Below are positions 18,321 to 20,000 of a stretch of 20,000 nt of DNA, one piece after another. Each line of letters begins with the position of its first letter. The stretch's first letter is position 1. A model generated the notes under the pieces. It searched no databases, was not told the DNA's origin, and saw nothing but the letters and a program-made list of their open reading frames with translations. Origin of the DNA: Pseudomonadota bacterium (GTDB taxonomy: Bacteria > Bdellovibrionota_F > JAHFAK01 > JBDREC01); assembly GCA_043820105.1 (NCBI GenBank), contig JBDREC010000012.1:58078-78077 (forward strand), read 5' to 3'. A program made the position numbers and the translations under genes.

Positions 18321-19657
18321 TTTAGATATTCATCAAGCTTTCTATAAATTGTACGTTCAGCAACACCTAGCATTTTGGCAGTAAGATTTTTATCCCCACC
18401 TGAAAGTTTTAAAGTATCAAGAATTACCACTTTTTCAATGTCTTTCAGTGGTGTTCCATATGGAATTTTATAAACCTTTTCAGGATCTTTGCCTGAAATT
18501 GATTGAGGCAAATCATCAAGGTCTAAATGACCAGCTTTAGCTAAAACAACAGCTCTTTCAATTATATTTTCAAGTTCCCTGATATTTCCAGGCCAATCAT
18601 GTTTTTGCAGGGCCTCTAAAGCTTCGTCACTTATCCCATGGATTTCTTTATCATTTCTTTTTGAGTATTTTTCAATAAAAAAATTCACTAACAAGGGAAT
18701 ATCATCCATATGCTCTTTTAAGGCTGGAACTTTTATGTTTATTACATTGAGCCTGTAAAATAAATCTTCCCTAAATTCACCATTTTTAACAGAATCCTCA
18801 AGTTTTTTATTAGTGGCTGCAATAATTCTAACATCTACCTTAACTGTATCCACTCCACCAACTCTTTCAAATTCGCCTTCTTGTAGAACTCTTAAAAACT
18901 TAGTTTGTACCTTAAGGCTCATTTCTGCAACTTCATCAAGAAATAAGGTTCCTTTATCAGCAAGCATAAAGCGACCTTCTTTTCTGTTATCAGCTCCAGT
19001 AAAAGCGCCCTTTTCATAACCAAAAAGCTCAGTTTCAAGCAAGGACTCAGGAAGGGCTGCACAACTTAGTTTAATAAAAGGTTTTTGTTTTCTATGACTG
19101 TAAGTATGAACTGCATCTGCAACAAGCTCTTTTCCAGTGCCAGATTCACCTTCAACAAGTATTGTGGATGTGCTAGGAGCGACTTGCCTGATTATATCAA
19201 GCAGATTCTGCATAGGCTTTGAATTTCCAATTAAAAATCTTTCACTTTTAATTCTGTTTAATTCTTCTTTTAATAAGATATTTTCTTTCTTAAGTTCAAG
19301 TTTTTCAATGGCTTTTTTGATGGTCTTAACAAGCATTACCCTTTTAATTGGTTTTGTAATAAAGTCATATCCGCCGTTTTTCATAACATCAACGGCTATT
19401 TCAATAGTTCCATAGGCTGTCATCATTATAACTTCTATTTCCGGATAGAGTTTTTTAATAATTGATAAAAGCTCATCCCCAGCTATCCCTTCCATAACTA
19501 AGTCAGTAAGCACAACATCAACTTGTTGCTTTCTTATAATTTCTAAGGCTGCATTCCCAGATTGAGCTTTAAGAACAGACATGCCCTCTTTCTCTAAAAT
19601 TGTCGCAATTGAATTTAGATTCTCAATCTCATCCTCAACAATAAGGACATTTATCAT
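18317..19657 (-). CDS. Sigma54-dependent two-component response regulator (NtrC/AtoC family bacterial enhancer-binding protein)
   Basis: Receiver domain (LIVEDE, VVLTDLVM phospho-Asp, MTAYG, KP). AAA+ domain with GESGTGKE, ELFG.EKGAFTGA, LFLDEV, RIIAATN, FREDLFYRL and WPGNIREL. Fis-type HTH (A.MLGV..RTIYRKL). RBS GGAG. Confidence 0.97.
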   Translation of the reverse strand: MINVLIVEDEIENLNSIATILEKEGMSVLKAQSGNAALEIIRKQQVDVVLTDLVMEGIAGDELLSIIKKLYPEIEVIMMTAYGTIEIAVDVMKNGGYDFITKPIKRVMLVKTIKKAIEKLELKKENILLKEELNRIKSERFLIGNSKPMQNLLDIIRQVAPSTSTILVEGESGTGKELVADAVHTYSHRKQKPFIKLSCAALPESLLETELFGYEKGAFTGADNRKEGRFMLADKGTLFLDEVAEMSLKVQTKFLRVLQEGEFERVGGVDTVKVDVRIIAATNKKLEDSVKNGEFREDLFYRLNVINIKVPALKEHMDDIPLLVNFFIEKYSKRNDKEIHGISDEALEALQKHDWPGNIRELENIIERAVVLAKAGHLDLDDLPQSISGKDPEKVYKIPYGTPLKDIEKVVILDTLKLSGGDKNLTAKMLGVAERTIYRKLDEYLK

Positions 19658-19690
19658 ATATTTCTCCGAATGATTTTTTATTTGATTGGA

Positions 19691-19719
19691 AGCTTATATT
19701 TTAAGACTAAAAATTACAA
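19691..19719 (-). promoter_or_regulatory. Possible sigma70 promoter for the regulator-mfd unit
   Basis: Minus strand TTGTAA, 17-nt spacer, TAAGCT, located between the terminator and the regulator RBS. Confidence 0.4.
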
Positions 19720-19737
19720 TGGAAATATTTGGATTTC

Positions 19738-19769
19738 CCCTTGTTCCCTTGCGCTCTTGTTCTCTTGTC
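19738..19769. repeat. Octamer tandem array (CYCTTGNN)x4
   Basis: CCCTTGTT CCCTTGCG CTCTTGTT CTCTTGTC read directly. Confidence 0.8.
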
Positions 19770-19776
19770 ATTTTAC

Positions 19777-19805
19777 AAAAAAAAAGGGGTCCTAATCAGG
19801 ACCCC
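19777..19805 (-). terminator. Rho-independent terminator
   Basis: Minus strand GGGGTCCT-GATT-AGGACCCC (perfect 8-bp GC-rich stem) followed by T9. Confidence 0.93.
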
Positions 19806-19881
19806 AAGCAACTTTGCTTATGGCTAAAAATACAGGGATATGGTTTTTTGTTGACTTTGACTTGCGTCAGCGTCAACTATA
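19777..19881 (-). ncRNA. Candidate sigma54-dependent small RNA (~105 nt)
   Basis: Bounded by a sigma54 promoter and an intrinsic terminator. Contains a 5' hairpin with GCAA tetraloop, an unpaired middle and a small second hairpin. No ATG-initiated ORF on this strand within the unit. The 5' end is inferred from -12 spacing. Confidence 0.65.
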
Positions 19882-19890
19882 ATGATGATA

Positions 19891-19908
19891 TTGCAGGGTA
19901 TGTGCCAG
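19891..19908 (-). promoter_or_regulatory. Sigma54 (RpoN) -24/-12 promoter
   Basis: Minus strand CTGGCACATACCCTGCAA: TGGCAC at -24, exact GG-N10-GC spacing, TGCA at -12. Confidence 0.8.
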
Positions 19909-20000
19909 ATATATCATAGAACCATTGCTTATAATTTCAGGATGTTATGAATTAATGAATTTTCTATAAATTAAAAAGCGGCATTTGGGGTCTAAAAGGT

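Noticed and set aside
703-19415. Numerous 60-154 aa ORFs antisense to or nested within the main genes (e.g. 1179-1493, 2537-3001, 4963-5295, 6946-7308, 17060-17254)
   Set aside because: They are shadow ORFs of well-supported genes, with no RBS or family motifs. 17060-17254 is just an alternative frame through the heptamer repeat.
19777-19881. Cyclic-di-GMP-I riboswitch or tRNA identity for the structured RNA
   Set aside because: Only the short GACGCAA resemblance is present. The remaining GEMM consensus and any cloverleaf or T-loop are absent.
19820-19882. 20-aa plus-strand ORF MAKNTGIWFFVDFDLRQRQL antisense to the candidate sRNA (type I toxin-antitoxin idea)
   Set aside because: No SD, the hydrophobic stretch is too short for a transmembrane toxin, and no plus-strand promoter or terminator supports it.
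19686-19919. 77-aa plus-strand ORF from the track
   Set aside because: TTG start, no family resemblance, and it runs antisense across the repeat array, terminator and sigma54 promoter. Likely spurious.

Overview
AT-rich bacterial chromosomal window (roughly 30% GC by eye; gene content suggests a Gram-negative, possibly deltaproteobacteria-like lineage, which is an inference). Left to right: an orphan lipoprotein (+); a minus-strand run transcribed as YfcE-type metallophosphoesterase, TPR protein, ribE-ribB(A/X)-ribH-nusB, a stand-alone M17 N-terminal-domain protein, trkA-trkH; a divergent pair of an exported PA-domain M28 protein with a degenerate active site and an intact lipoprotein prolyl oligopeptidase; a GT4 glycosyltransferase; and an NtrC-family sigma54 response regulator translationally coupled to mfd. 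The best unannotated signal is at 19777-19908 (-): a sigma54 -24/-12 promoter, a ~105-nt non-coding unit with a GCAA-capped 5' hairpin and an unpaired CU-rich middle, and a strong intrinsic terminator. This is a candidate sigma54-dependent small RNA next to its likely activator. Other points of note are two apparent pseudo-enzymes (M28 and the GTP cyclohydrolase II domain of RibB), an in-frame heptamer-repeat duplication inside mfd, and different 6-8-mer tandem arrays in several intergenic gaps. No rRNA, tRNA, CRISPR array or transposase was seen.
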